The notes beneath the pieces were generated by a model. The model searched no databases, was not told where the DNA came from, and was given only the letters and a program-made list of their open reading frames with translations. From positions 2,898 through 66,897 of the forward strand of contig JBBRYZ010000003.1 in the NCBI GenBank assembly GCA_038237165.1: a stretch of 64,000 bases of DNA, in the 5' to 3' direction. The DNA is from Bacteroidales bacterium (GTDB lineage Bacteria > Bacteroidota > Bacteroidia > Bacteroidales > UBA4417). Of the stretch, positions 45,913 to 56,023 are shown piece by piece (position 1 is the stretch's first letter; the number at the start of each line of letters is the position of its first letter). The translations under genes were made by a program, and so were the position numbers.

Positions 45913-47247
45913 CTAAATAACCCTTCCCTCCCATTTCCCTCTTTTCAGGTAAAACCATGATAAAGACCCAAGAACAATGCTATACATATATTCGCACAAC
46001 CACACAACCTCAATAGGCTGATGGAGTTTCACCGAAAGAACCCATGCAAAAACCAGGTACATACTCAAAGTCACCAATTCCATAGCCAGACCGGTACGTG
46101 TATTGCCGGTTCCTAATACACCGTTAAACAAAACGATGGTAGCCGAAAACAAAAATACGGCGCCAAGGATCACGTAATAAGAAGTTACAGAAGCTTCGAG
46201 CAGATTGGGGTCGCTGGTATAAATGGAAATCATAAAACGCGGAATAAAAATGGCAAGCACAGCTACGATGAGCATAATTCCCATGCTTAACATCAGTATC
46301 TTCCTGATAATTGGCATTACCTGGTTCGAAAAACCCGCACCAATGGCGTTACTCACAATACTGCTTGTTGCTGAACTCATCGCCCATGCCGGAATCATCA
46401 GCAGCATATAAATACTTCGGATAATGTTAGAAACAGCCAGAGAAGTTTCACCCATTTTTTCGATCATCAGGAAAAATCCGAGCCATACCGCGTGCGACAA
46501 CACAAACTGTATCATGATATACAATGAAACATCAAGGGTTTTCTTAATGATGGATAAATCGGGTTTTACGAATGCAAAAAGATTATATTTCGTAAGATGA
46601 GCCTTACGGGCGGTGATGGCAAAAAAGAATAACAAAGCGCAGGCCTCGGAAATTGAGGATGCCAGCCCTGCCCCGGCAATACCCATTTCAGGGAAACCGA
46701 GTTTGCCGAATATCATTCCGTAATCCAGTATCACATTCACACCAGCCATAATCGCTGCGCTGATGCTGATATATTTTGTAAATGCTATCCCTGTATAAAA
46801 GGATCGGAAAAGTAATGCTGACGATGCAAAAAACAATCCGAAAATTCTGTATCTCAAATAAATTGTACTTGCATGCAATACATTTGCCGATGCTATTAAA
46901 GGCTTGAGCATCTGGGCACCGAATAACAGAATAAGGATTGTAATGAAAATAGTTGAAGCACCGAGGAAGTAAAAACTATTATCAAATATGGATCCAATGG
47001 CCGGGTAATCTTTTTCCCCGTGCCTGCGGGCAATTAAAATCTGCACGCCCGTTGTAAAACCATAGGCAACCATAAATAAGGTTATATAAAATAATCCTCC
47101 GATAGCCGAAGCGCCAAGTTCAACAGCGCCAACATGCCCAAGGAAAGCGGTATCAGTAACATTTACAATATTCTGAGCTACCAGGCTGATCATAATCGGC
47201 CAGGAGATAATCCAGATTTTTTTCAAGGTTGGAGCGTGGGTAGGCAT
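45913..47247 (-). CDS. MATE family efflux transporter
   Basis: 444 aa, 12 TM helices. N-terminal IWIISWPIMISLVAQNIVNVTDTAFLGHVG. Confidence 0.9.
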   Translation of the reverse strand: MPTHAPTLKKIWIISWPIMISLVAQNIVNVTDTAFLGHVGAVELGASAIGGLFYITLFMVAYGFTTGVQILIARRHGEKDYPAIGSIFDNSFYFLGASTIFITILILLFGAQMLKPLIASANVLHASTIYLRYRIFGLFFASSALLFRSFYTGIAFTKYISISAAIMAGVNVILDYGMIFGKLGFPEMGIAGAGLASSISEACALLFFFAITARKAHLTKYNLFAFVKPDLSIIKKTLDVSLYIMIQFVLSHAVWLGFFLMIEKMGETSLAVSNIIRSIYMLLMIPAWAMSSATSSIVSNAIGAGFSNQVMPIIRKILMLSMGIMLIVAVLAIFIPRFMISIYTSDPNLLEASVTSYYVILGAVFLFSATIVLFNGVLGTGNTRTGLAMELVTLSMYLVFAWVLSVKLHQPIEVVWLCEYMYSIVLGSLSWFYLKRGKWEGRVI

Positions 47248-47503
47248 GTTTTTAAAAAAGAGAATATGCAGGTATTTAAAAAATGACAGGTATTTCCGGG
47301 GTCATTGAACATTAGTCGTTAACGGCCTGCCAGGTCATTTTATTAAAGAGGGAAATGTTAATGAATTGAAATCGTTGCTTGGTCAGTTAGAATATCCAGT
47401 CAGACTTAACAAAACCCGGTTATCATAAAATCATTAGCCGACAAAATTAAAGCAATAATTTGTAAAAGCTGGTATGAATAAGTTAACAAAATAGATGCAT
47501 TGG

Positions 47504-47540
47504 AAAAACGAAAAAGCACGGAAAGTATTTCCATGCTTTT
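47504..47540 (-). terminator. intrinsic terminator of the aldehyde dehydrogenase gene
   Basis: On the minus strand: aaaagcatggaaa-tac-tttccgtgctttttcgttttt. Confidence 0.7.
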
Positions 47541-47588
47541 TCAATATACGATAATCGCGTCAGACATCTTTCGGGTGTGCAGACACAA

Positions 47589-49124
47589 TTAAAAATCAAA
47601 TGTTATTCCCTGTGCTAATGCCGTTTGCCCACTGAAATTAATGGTATTTGTTTGTCGCCGCATATAGGCTTTCCATGCATCAGAACCTGATTCGCGGCCG
47701 CCGCCGGTATCTTTTTCACCGCCAAAAGCGCCACCGATTTCTGCTCCTGATGTGCCAAGATTTACGTTGGCAATACCACAGTCGGAACCGGTTTCGGAAA
47801 GAAACTTCTCTGCTTCCACCAGGTTTTCGGTAAAAATACAGGATGACAAGCCTTGCGGAACCTGGTTATTGAGATTTATTGCGTCTTCAATAGTGCTGTA
47901 TTTTATCAGGTAAACTATAGGCGCAAAGGTTTCTTCCTGCACCAATTTGTAATGATTTTTAGCTTCAACAATTGCCGGAAGCACATAATTACCATTGGGA
48001 TAATTGGCTCCGCTGAGACTTATACCGCCAAAAGCCAGATTTCCACCTTCTTTCTGCACTTCGGCAATGGCATGAAGGAAATTAGCAACAGCAGTTCCAT
48101 CCACCAACGGACCGATAAGTATGCCTTTTTCGAGCGGATCACCTATGCGGTCGCTGATACTTTGATAGGCTGCTACTAACCGGGTTTTGACTGTTTCATA
48201 GATGGATTCGTGAATAATGAGTCGTCGTGTGGAAGTACATCTTTGTCCACAAGTTCCAACTGCGCCGAAAACAACCGACTGCAAGGTTATATCCAGGTCA
48301 GCAAATTTCGAAATAATAACCGCGTTGTTTCCGCCAAGTTCCAGAATAGTCTTACCAAGACGTTTGCCTACAATGGTTGCCACCCGTTTGCCAACAGCCG
48401 TAGATCCTGTAACTGAAAGTAAGGGAATACGTTTGTCGGCTGCGAAATTATCGCCAAGCACCGAAGATTTTGCAATAATCATATTAAAAACTCCTTCGGG
48501 TACATTGTTGTTTCGAAGAGTTTGAGCAATGATTTTCTGAACTGCAAGTGCACAAATGGGTGTTTTTGAACTGGGTTTCCAGATTACCACATCGCCTGCA
48601 ATGGCAGCCAGCATAGCATTCCAGCCCCATACAGCCACCGGGAAATTAAAGGAAGTGATAATTCCAACTATTCCGATCGGATGATATTGGTCGTACATGC
48701 GGTGAAAGGGACGTTCGGAGTGCATGGTGGCTCCGTTAAGCAAACGCGACTGCCCGACGGCAAACTCACAAATATCAATCATCTCCTGAACTTCGCCCAG
48801 TCCTTCCTCGTAAATCTTGCCCATTTCGAGCGAAACCAGAAAACCCAGTTTTTCCTTATTTGCCCTCAGCGCTTCGCCGATCTGGTGAACCACCAATCCA
48901 CGTTTCGGTGCAGGAATAATGCGCCATTTTAAATAAGCTTCCTGAGCTTTGGCAACCAGGTGTTCATAATCTTTGATTGTGGCATTAGTGACTTTGGCAA
49001 TCAGTGAGCCATCAATCGGTGAATACGAGGCCGTTTCATCCCCTTTGGTATCAAGCCATTCGCTGCCTGTGCTGGCGCCCGGATTTACCGTTTCAATGCC
49101 TAATTCTCTTAAATCTAATTTCAT
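47589..49124 (-). CDS. aldehyde dehydrogenase, ALDH7/antiquitin-like (aminoadipate-semialdehyde dehydrogenase type)
   Basis: 511 aa. IPAPKRG, ELGGNN, catalytic GTCGQRCTS, EETFAPI. Confidence 0.88.
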   Translation of the reverse strand: MKLDLRELGIETVNPGASTGSEWLDTKGDETASYSPIDGSLIAKVTNATIKDYEHLVAKAQEAYLKWRIIPAPKRGLVVHQIGEALRANKEKLGFLVSLEMGKIYEEGLGEVQEMIDICEFAVGQSRLLNGATMHSERPFHRMYDQYHPIGIVGIITSFNFPVAVWGWNAMLAAIAGDVVIWKPSSKTPICALAVQKIIAQTLRNNNVPEGVFNMIIAKSSVLGDNFAADKRIPLLSVTGSTAVGKRVATIVGKRLGKTILELGGNNAVIISKFADLDITLQSVVFGAVGTCGQRCTSTRRLIIHESIYETVKTRLVAAYQSISDRIGDPLEKGILIGPLVDGTAVANFLHAIAEVQKEGGNLAFGGISLSGANYPNGNYVLPAIVEAKNHYKLVQEETFAPIVYLIKYSTIEDAINLNNQVPQGLSSCIFTENLVEAEKFLSETGSDCGIANVNLGTSGAEIGGAFGGEKDTGGGRESGSDAWKAYMRRQTNTINFSGQTALAQGITFDF

Positions 49125-49702
49125 ATTTTTGAGTGATTAACAATATCTGATTCCATCCTACCTCTTTTTCTTAACGCAGGTACTAATTCACTATCTTATT
49201 TTATGACTTAAATATCCTGTTGAAAAATATCTGTGTAACTATTGAATCAACTAAAATAAGATGACAAGAAATGATACCACTAAAACTCAAATCCAAACAG
49301 AGAGTTATAACAGGCTGAAGCTTGAGATTAAGTTTGAGATAATTTGTGAAAGTACTACACTTCCAACGGGCAGAGTTCACTTTTGTTCATTAAGAATATG
49401 AATCACACATTAAAAATAGAGCTTGTGGGATGAGGTTCAATTGCTCCATGAATTGGTAAAATATCAAAATATATCTTTCTGAAATTTAGCATCATAAAAT
49501 TAATTCTTAAATGCCGGATAAAATAAAAATGCAACCCTAAATAGTCTGAAAAAAATCGGTTACTTTGCAAAACGAAAAATGCAATTATTCCACGCCAATT
49601 TCCAGAAACGGCTAAATCGCTTTTAGCTATGGATATTTTCAGGAAATCCTACCACCAAAGTGCTTCAAAAGTTAATATCATAGCAAAACCAACTATTTTG
49701 AC

Positions 49703-51955
49703 ATGAACGGATTTTATCTTGTTATAGTTTTAGTATTAATGGCTTTAGCTGTTTCGGACCTCATAGTCGGTGTTTCAAATGACGCTGTCAATTTTCTGAA
49801 TTCGGCCATTGGCTCAAAAGTGGCTCCTTTTAAAGTTATTATGCTCATCGCCAGTATTGGCATTATCATGGGTGCCCTGTTTTCGGATGGCATGATGGAA
49901 GTAGCCCGGAAAGGCGTTTTTCATCCTGAGAGTTTTGCCTTCAGTGAAATCATGATATTGTTCTTCGCAGTTATGATCACTGATATTTTATTATTGGATT
50001 TTTTCAACACCATTGGCTTGCCTACCTCCACTACTGTTAGCATTGTATTCGAACTGCTCGGCGCTGCTGTTGCAGTAGCCCTTGTTAAGATATCAGCTAC
50101 GGGATCCGAATTTTCGACATTGGGAACTTATATCAATTCAGGAAATGCACTTCTTATTATTTCGGGTATCCTGATTTCCATTGTGGTGGCATTTACAGTA
50201 GGCACAGTTGTTCAGTACCTGTCGCGTTTGCTTTTTACTTTCAATTACACGAAAAGACTCCGGTATTTTGGCTCCCTGTGGGGAGGCCTTGCCATTTCAT
50301 TAATGCTATATTTTATTATTGTTAAAGGAGCTAAGGGTTCAACCATTATTTCGGGTGATGCAATCAAATACATTCAACAAAACTCGTTGATGCTGTTATT
50401 GATAAGTTTCGCATCTCTTTCCATTGTATTCCAGGTATTTACCATGTTGTTCAAATTCAATATTTTAAAGCTTGTTGTACTTGTCGGGACATTTGGACTG
50501 GCGATGGCATTTGCCGGTAATGATCTTGTTAATTTTATAGGCGTTCCTCTGGCAGGTCTTTCATCTTATAAGGCTTTCATTGCTTCAGGCCTGAGCGACC
50601 CCGGAATGATGACAATGGAATTCCTTAAAGGCGAAGTAAAATCAGATACGTATTTACTTTTAATTGCCAGCCTTGTTATGGTGGCTACTCTTTGGTTCTC
50701 AAAGAAAGCCCGTACAGTTACTGAAACCGAGATCAGCCTTAGCCGCCAGGACAGCGGTTTTGAAAAATTCGGGTCGTCATTGTCTGCCAGATCCATAGTG
50801 AGGCAGGCGCTTAATCTGAATACTTTTTACAAGTCGATACTTCCCGACCGTTTTATAAACTGGAGTAACAGCAGGTTTGTCCCTGCCTATATAAATGGTT
50901 ATTCTCACAACAAAGATATTCCCGCATTCGATCTGATCAGGGCTACGGTAAATTTAACGGTAGCAAGTGTTTTAATCGCATTTGCCACATCACTCAAATT
51001 ACCGCTTTCAACTACTTACGTCACGTTTATGGTTGCCATGGGGACATCATTGTCCGACAAAGCCTGGGGGCGCGAGAGTGCAGTTTACCGGGTTACAGGA
51101 GTAATGACAGTTATCGGAGGGTGGTTTTTTACTGCATTTATAGCATTTTCCATTTCAATGATCGTTGCTTTCATTGTTTCATACGGCGGTATGTATGCTA
51201 TATCAGGTTTTATCCTGCTGACATTATTTTTTATTACCCGCACACATATCATCCACAGGAAAAAAGTATTGGCCGACAGCGAGGCATTAAATATTACTAC
51301 GTATACCGATCAGTTAAACGGAGAAGATATTATTAAAAAATGCAACAGCTATTCGGCAGAAATCCTTAATCTTTCAGGCGAAATATTGCTGTCGACCATA
51401 AAGGGTCTGGCTTCTGAGGACAGAAAACTGCTGCGTCAAACTCGTCAAAACGTACGTACGCTGGTTGAAAAGGCGAAACTTGTTAAAGCTGGCATACCTG
51501 CCACCATAAGGGCTCTGGAACTGAATAATGTTGATACATACCATAAATATATCCAGGTAGTGGATTACCTGCGCGAAATAACGCGTTCGGTCCGCACTAT
51601 TACAGAACACGCTTCCGAGCATGTTGAAAACAACCATGAGCCATTATCGGAAATACAGACTGCGGAAATCAATAAAGTTATCATCGAAATGAAGGTCATC
51701 CTGGACGCCATAGTCCGGATAAAACTTAGCACGGATTATTCGGCTGTCAGTGAGTTAAAGATCAAACAAGCTGCTCTTGATGAACTGATCAATGCCAGCA
51801 GCCAGGAACAGGTATCTCGGATGGCTAATGAAAGAATGAGTTCGAAGAGTGCAATGTTATATATAAACCTGATGTTTGAAATAGGCAACCTTGTGAACGA
51901 TTCTATTCATCTTATAAAAGCACAAAGGGTATTCAGTTCCAGGCTGACTAAATAA
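49703..51955 (+). CDS. inorganic phosphate transporter (PiT family) with long C-terminal helical extension
   Basis: 750 aa. PiT signatures GVSNDAVNFLNSAIGS and AFAGNDLVNFIGVP. Confidence 0.85.
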   Translation: MNGFYLVIVLVLMALAVSDLIVGVSNDAVNFLNSAIGSKVAPFKVIMLIASIGIIMGALFSDGMMEVARKGVFHPESFAFSEIMILFFAVMITDILLLDFFNTIGLPTSTTVSIVFELLGAAVAVALVKISATGSEFSTLGTYINSGNALLIISGILISIVVAFTVGTVVQYLSRLLFTFNYTKRLRYFGSLWGGLAISLMLYFIIVKGAKGSTIISGDAIKYIQQNSLMLLLISFASLSIVFQVFTMLFKFNILKLVVLVGTFGLAMAFAGNDLVNFIGVPLAGLSSYKAFIASGLSDPGMMTMEFLKGEVKSDTYLLLIASLVMVATLWFSKKARTVTETEISLSRQDSGFEKFGSSLSARSIVRQALNLNTFYKSILPDRFINWSNSRFVPAYINGYSHNKDIPAFDLIRATVNLTVASVLIAFATSLKLPLSTTYVTFMVAMGTSLSDKAWGRESAVYRVTGVMTVIGGWFFTAFIAFSISMIVAFIVSYGGMYAISGFILLTLFFITRTHIIHRKKVLADSEALNITTYTDQLNGEDIIKKCNSYSAEILNLSGEILLSTIKGLASEDRKLLRQTRQNVRTLVEKAKLVKAGIPATIRALELNNVDTYHKYIQVVDYLREITRSVRTITEHASEHVENNHEPLSEIQTAEINKVIIEMKVILDAIVRIKLSTDYSAVSELKIKQAALDELINASSQEQVSRMANERMSSKSAMLYINLMFEIGNLVNDSIHLIKAQRVFSSRLTK

Positions 51956-51997
51956 ATCAATGAATGGAACACAAGGCTCAATTGCCTTGTGTCAGAA

Positions 51998-52564
51998 TTA
52001 TTTGTTATTAAATTCCGACATTGTTTGTGTGGCTCCGGCGAGAACAAAACTTTTAACGATAGCAACTGCTGATTCGACGCGGGGTATCAGGATTTTCTCT
52101 TCCTTTTTCGACCATTGACCAATCACATATTCGACCTGGAAACCCCTGGCGTAGTCTTTCCCGATCCCAAAACGAAGCCTGGCAAAATCCGATATAATCA
52201 GTGTTTCGATAATATGGTTCAAGCCATTGTGACTGCCTCCGCTGCCTTTTGTACGCATTCGCAAAACGCCCAATTCAAGATCAACATCATCAGTAATTAT
52301 CAGAATATTTTCGAGCGGAATTTTTTCCTTATCCATCCAATATTTCACTGCTTTGCCACTCAGATTCATATAGGTGGTGGGCTTAAGGATAATGAGCAAC
52401 TTGTTTTTCAGACGGGCTTCGGCTTTAAACGCATGTCGTTCAAGTTCAAATTTTACGCCCAGATCGCCAGCCAGAGCATCAGCCACAATGAATCCGATGT
52501 TATGACGGGTATTTGCATACTCCTCACCAATATTACCTAAACCAACTATTAAATATTTATCCAT
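51998..52564 (-). CDS. pth: peptidyl-tRNA hydrolase
   Basis: 188 aa. LIVGLGNIGEEYANTRHNIGF, GSGGHNGL. Confidence 0.95.
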   Translation of the reverse strand: MDKYLIVGLGNIGEEYANTRHNIGFIVADALAGDLGVKFELERHAFKAEARLKNKLLIILKPTTYMNLSGKAVKYWMDKEKIPLENILIITDDVDLELGVLRMRTKGSGGSHNGLNHIIETLIISDFARLRFGIGKDYARGFQVEYVIGQWSKKEEKILIPRVESAVAIVKSFVLAGATQTMSEFNNK

Positions 52565-52582
52565 TCTTAGTTTTTACGGCTG

Positions 52583-52590
52583 CAAAGATA
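52583..52590 (-). promoter_or_regulatory. -7 box TATCTTTG upstream of pth
   Basis: Exact TAnnTTTG on the minus strand, 18 nt upstream of the ATG. Confidence 0.35.
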
Positions 52591-52704
52591 TTGCTTGTTG
52601 CGGGAATGTTTGACAGGTGAAGACTAAATCATAAAAAATCGAACAGAAGAACATTTGAACATGAGAACATTTGAAATATCAACATGAAACACTGAAACCA
52701 GAAA

Positions 52705-52776
52705 CCCTCAATCCCCTCAATCCCATCAATTCCCCCAATCCTATCAATCTCCTCAATCCCTTCAATCCCCTCAATC
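52705..52776 (-). repeat. degenerate tandem array, 9-nt period (GATTGAGGG on the minus strand), 8 units, ending at the amidase stop codon
   Basis: Plus strand: ccctcaatc ccctcaatc ccatcaatt cccccaatc ctatcaatc tcctcaatc ccttcaatc ccctcaatc. Confidence 0.9.
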
Positions 52777-53571
52777 CTATTTCTCTATCTCAAACCTGTC
52801 CCAATCCATCCCCACCATAAAACTTTTACGGAAATCAATCAATTGATCAAAACTTACGTTGAGTGTTTCCATTCCTTCCTTATTGGATTCAATTTCAACC
52901 AGATGCTTGCCTTTAAAGTCAATAACAGTGGATTCGCCCTGGTGATTGATTCCTTTACCATCAATCCCAACCCGGTTAACTGCAACCACATAACATTGAT
53001 TTTCGATGGCTCGGGCAATAAGCAATTGACGATATGCATAACTGCGGGATGCAGGCCAGTTGGCCATGTATAGAAGGATATCGTATTCATAGATTCCGTT
53101 GGTCCAGGTATTTTTACTCCAGACCGGGAACCTGAGGTCATAGCAAACCAAGGGGCAAATTTTCCAGCCAAATAAATCCACAATAATTTTTTCGCTGCCT
53201 GCCGAAAACTGTTCATGTTCGTTGCCCGGATGAAACAAATGACGTTTATCATAAAATTTATAGCTTCCATCAGGTTGCATCCAAACCAGCCGATTGAAAT
53301 AGTTTCCGTTTTCAACCACAACAAAGCTTCCGGTAATTACACTTTTCAATTCAGCAGCTTTGGTAGCCATCCACTCTACAGTAGGGCCATTCATATCCTC
53401 AGCAAGCGAGCGCTGATCGATCACAAAGCCGGTATTGAACATTTCGGGCAACACAATCAGGTCAGTTTTCCGGTCAAGTTTGCGAAAGAAATCCTCAAAT
53501 TTAAGCAAGTTGCTTTTCTTATCCTGCCAGAAAAGATCTGGCTGAACAAGGGTGATTTTCAGATCGTACAT
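52777..53571 (-). CDS. carbon-nitrogen hydrolase, omega-amidase (YafV/MtnU-like)
   Basis: MYDLKITLVQPDLFW...LPEMF...CYDLRFP. The start at 53571 overlaps the upstream transaminase stop by 13 nt. Confidence 0.8.
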   Translation of the reverse strand: MYDLKITLVQPDLFWQDKKSNLLKFEDFFRKLDRKTDLIVLPEMFNTGFVIDQRSLAEDMNGPTVEWMATKAAELKSVITGSFVVVENGNYFNRLVWMQPDGSYKFYDKRHLFHPGNEHEQFSAGSEKIIVDLFGWKICPLVCYDLRFPVWSKNTWTNGIYEYDILLYMANWPASRSYAYRQLLIARAIENQCYVVAVNRVGIDGKGINHQGESTVIDFKGKHLVEIESNKEGMETLNVSFDQLIDFRKSFMVGMDWDRFEIEK

Positions 53572-54713
53572 AATATTTTGGCTGCTTTTATTAATGTTTC
53601 TTCGGTTTTGGCAAAACAAAAACGTAACACTTTGTTATCCTGTCTGTTGTGATAAAACGATGAAACCGGCACGGATGCCACGCCATATTCTTTGGTTATT
53701 CTGACTGCAAAATCCATTTCCTTCTCATCGGATATTGCGCTGTAATCGAGCAACTGGAAATAGGTACCGTTGCAAGGAATAATTCTGAATCGGGAATCCT
53801 TTACCAAGCCGGCAAACAGGTCACGTTTCTGCTGGTAAAATGCAGGAAGCTGTAGATAATTTTCCTTATTTTTAAGATAATCGGCAACTGCATGCTGAAT
53901 CGGCGTGTTGGATGCAAATACCACAAACTGATGTACTTTTCGCACTTCAGCCATCAAAACTGCCGGAGCCATGATAAATCCTGTTTTCCAGCCGGTTGTA
54001 TGGAATGTTTTACCAAAAGAACCAATTACAAAACTTCGTGAAGCCAGCTCAGGATAGTAACACACGCTTTCGTGCCTGATACCTTCAAAAATAAGATGTT
54101 CGTACACCTCGTCGCTCATCACCACGATATTGGTGCCGCGTGTAATCCGATCCAATTCAGCAAGATCAGATGCCAGCAGCACACTACCGGTCGGATTATG
54201 TGGCGTATTAATCATTATAAGTTTCGTCCTGTTATTGATCAGGCTTCTGACCTCAGCCCAGTTAATGGTGTAGGAAGGAACCTGTAGCGACGAATATCTC
54301 ACAACACCGCCACTCAGTTCCACGGCAGGGGAATAACTGTCGTAAGCCGGTTCGATGATAATCGCTTCGTCACCCGGATGGATCATAGCAGAAATAACAC
54401 AAAAAATTGCTTCGGTTGCCCCTGCAGTTATGGTGATTTCAGTTTGAGGATCATAAGTAATTCCGAATGTATCTGAGGCCTTTGCGGCAATAGCTTCGCG
54501 CAAAGCAAGTACGCCAGGCATAGGAGCATATTGGTTGAAGCCTTTGTGCATATAATGGTTCACCAGGTCAACCAGTTCCATCGAAATCGGGAAATCAGGA
54601 AATCCCTGCGAAAGGTTGATGGCGCCGACCTCGTTGGCCAGCCCCGACATTACAGCAAATATTGATGTTCCGGCATTAGGAAGCCTGGAAGTAACAAGAC
54701 CATTGAAATTCAT
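53559..54713 (-). CDS. class I/II aminotransferase (YbdL/MtnE-like methionine or glutamine transaminase)
   Basis: MNFNGLVTSRLPNAGTSIFAVMSGLA...NLSQGFPDF...NTPHNPTG...SFGKTFHTTGWK. The start at 54713 (M54 of the track ORF) is supported by an upstream TATCTTTG box. Confidence 0.88.
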   Translation of the reverse strand: MNFNGLVTSRLPNAGTSIFAVMSGLANEVGAINLSQGFPDFPISMELVDLVNHYMHKGFNQYAPMPGVLALREAIAAKASDTFGITYDPQTEITITAGATEAIFCVISAMIHPGDEAIIIEPAYDSYSPAVELSGGVVRYSSLQVPSYTINWAEVRSLINNRTKLIMINTPHNPTGSVLLASDLAELDRITRGTNIVVMSDEVYEHLIFEGIRHESVCYYPELASRSFVIGSFGKTFHTTGWKTGFIMAPAVLMAEVRKVHQFVVFASNTPIQHAVADYLKNKENYLQLPAFYQQKRDLFAGLVKDSRFRIIPCNGTYFQLLDYSAISDEKEMDFAVRITKEYGVASVPVSSFYHNRQDNKVLRFCFAKTEETLIKAAKILCTI

Positions 54714-54735
54714 AAGACAAAGATTTTTCAGTTGC

Positions 54736-54743
54736 CAAAGATA
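54736..54743 (-). promoter_or_regulatory. -7 box TATCTTTG upstream of the aminotransferase
   Basis: Exact TAnnTTTG on the minus strand, 22 nt upstream of the ATG at 54713. Confidence 0.35.
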
Positions 54744-54919
54744 AATGATTTTACGGGTTGGGATGTAAACAATGATGTTTAAGATAAATGGAGATGAAAT
54801 TTCATTTTTCTCCATCATGTTTATATAGAAATCAGGGACTTCCGATACAAAGCCACTGCTAAAAGTTATCATAGAATAACTAATATATGTTCGTATCTTT
54901 ACCGGCTATTTTTTAAAAT

Positions 54920-55381
54920 ATGGAAGAAACTAAAAAAGCAGGCCGTTACCAGCGGATTATCAGTCAACTCGAAGGCCTACTTACTAAAACCAACGATCCT
55001 ATTGCCAGAATGGCCACCATAGCAGCAGTTTTAACCAATAAGTTCGACTATTTTTTCTGGTGTGGATTTTATATTTTGCATGGCGATAAACTTATCGTCG
55101 GGCCATACCAGGGACCGGTTGCCTGCCAGGTATTGCAGGGAACAGGTGTTTGCCTGGCTGCTGTTACGCAAAACCAAAGCATTGTGGTTGCTGATGTCAA
55201 TAAATTTCCGGGTCATATTGCCTGCGATTCCCGTTCCAATTCTGAAATTGTAATACCTGTTCGTAAACCGGATGGTAATATTATGGCCGTGCTGGATGTG
55301 GATAGTGCTGCATTCGGTTCGTTTGATGAAACCGATCGTATTCATCTAGAAATTATAAGTGCATTGGTGTATCCAATATAG
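54920..55381 (+). CDS. msrC: GAF-domain free methionine-(R)-sulfoxide reductase (MsrC/YebR-like)
   Basis: 153 aa. FWCGFYIL...LIVGPYQGPVACQVL...GVCLAA...ACDSRSNSEIVIP. Confidence 0.75.
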   Translation: MEETKKAGRYQRIISQLEGLLTKTNDPIARMATIAAVLTNKFDYFFWCGFYILHGDKLIVGPYQGPVACQVLQGTGVCLAAVTQNQSIVVADVNKFPGHIACDSRSNSEIVIPVRKPDGNIMAVLDVDSAAFGSFDETDRIHLEIISALVYPI

Positions 55382-55402
55382 CAATATAGATTAACAGCTT
55401 CA

Positions 55403-55966
55403 ATGAATAACTTCGAAATAATAATACTCGCCTTGTCGCTTGTTTTCAGTTCCTGGAATTCATATCTGAACGCGGGTCTTGGTCTTGCTGAAGGGCCTGT
55501 TGTTCGAAAGTTTTCTTATTCTGGCATTATGTTTCTGATGCAATTCGGAATAGCCGGAGTTGGTATTTGGGCCGGATATAAATTTTGCAGCCCCGAAATG
55601 AGAATAAACATGATGATCAGCTTCGGCATTATTCTTATGATTGGGCTGATTGTTTTACTCTCCAACATCAGACCTCAAACAATAGAAAAGGAATTTGATT
55701 ACTTCGATAAAAAAGCAATTTTCTTATCGGCGCTGGCAGAGGGCATAATCCCGTTAATCATTGGAGTTTCTATCGGAATACTTTCAACACACCCTTATTT
55801 ACATTGGATTCTGACAGGATTATTTTTACTTTCCGGCATTCTGGCAGCTCAAATCCTTGCTGTGTTTATGGGATTAAATTCACTTAAAATCAGGCTTGGC
55901 GCTATCGGAGGACTTCTTTTGCTTGCCGTTGCCATTAAACTGGCTATGAATGTAACAGGAATATAG
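55403..55966 (+). CDS. hypothetical 6-TM membrane protein
   Basis: 187 aa and hydrophobic throughout. No family recognised. Confidence 0.35.
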   Translation: MNNFEIIILALSLVFSSWNSYLNAGLGLAEGPVVRKFSYSGIMFLMQFGIAGVGIWAGYKFCSPEMRINMMISFGIILMIGLIVLLSNIRPQTIEKEFDYFDKKAIFLSALAEGIIPLIIGVSIGILSTHPYLHWILTGLFLLSGILAAQILAVFMGLNSLKIRLGAIGGLLLLAVAIKLAMNVTGI

Positions 55967-56023
55967 AATTCAGCCTCTTCTAAATAATCATATACCTTTA
56001 ACTCAAATTTTTAATCCATAGAA

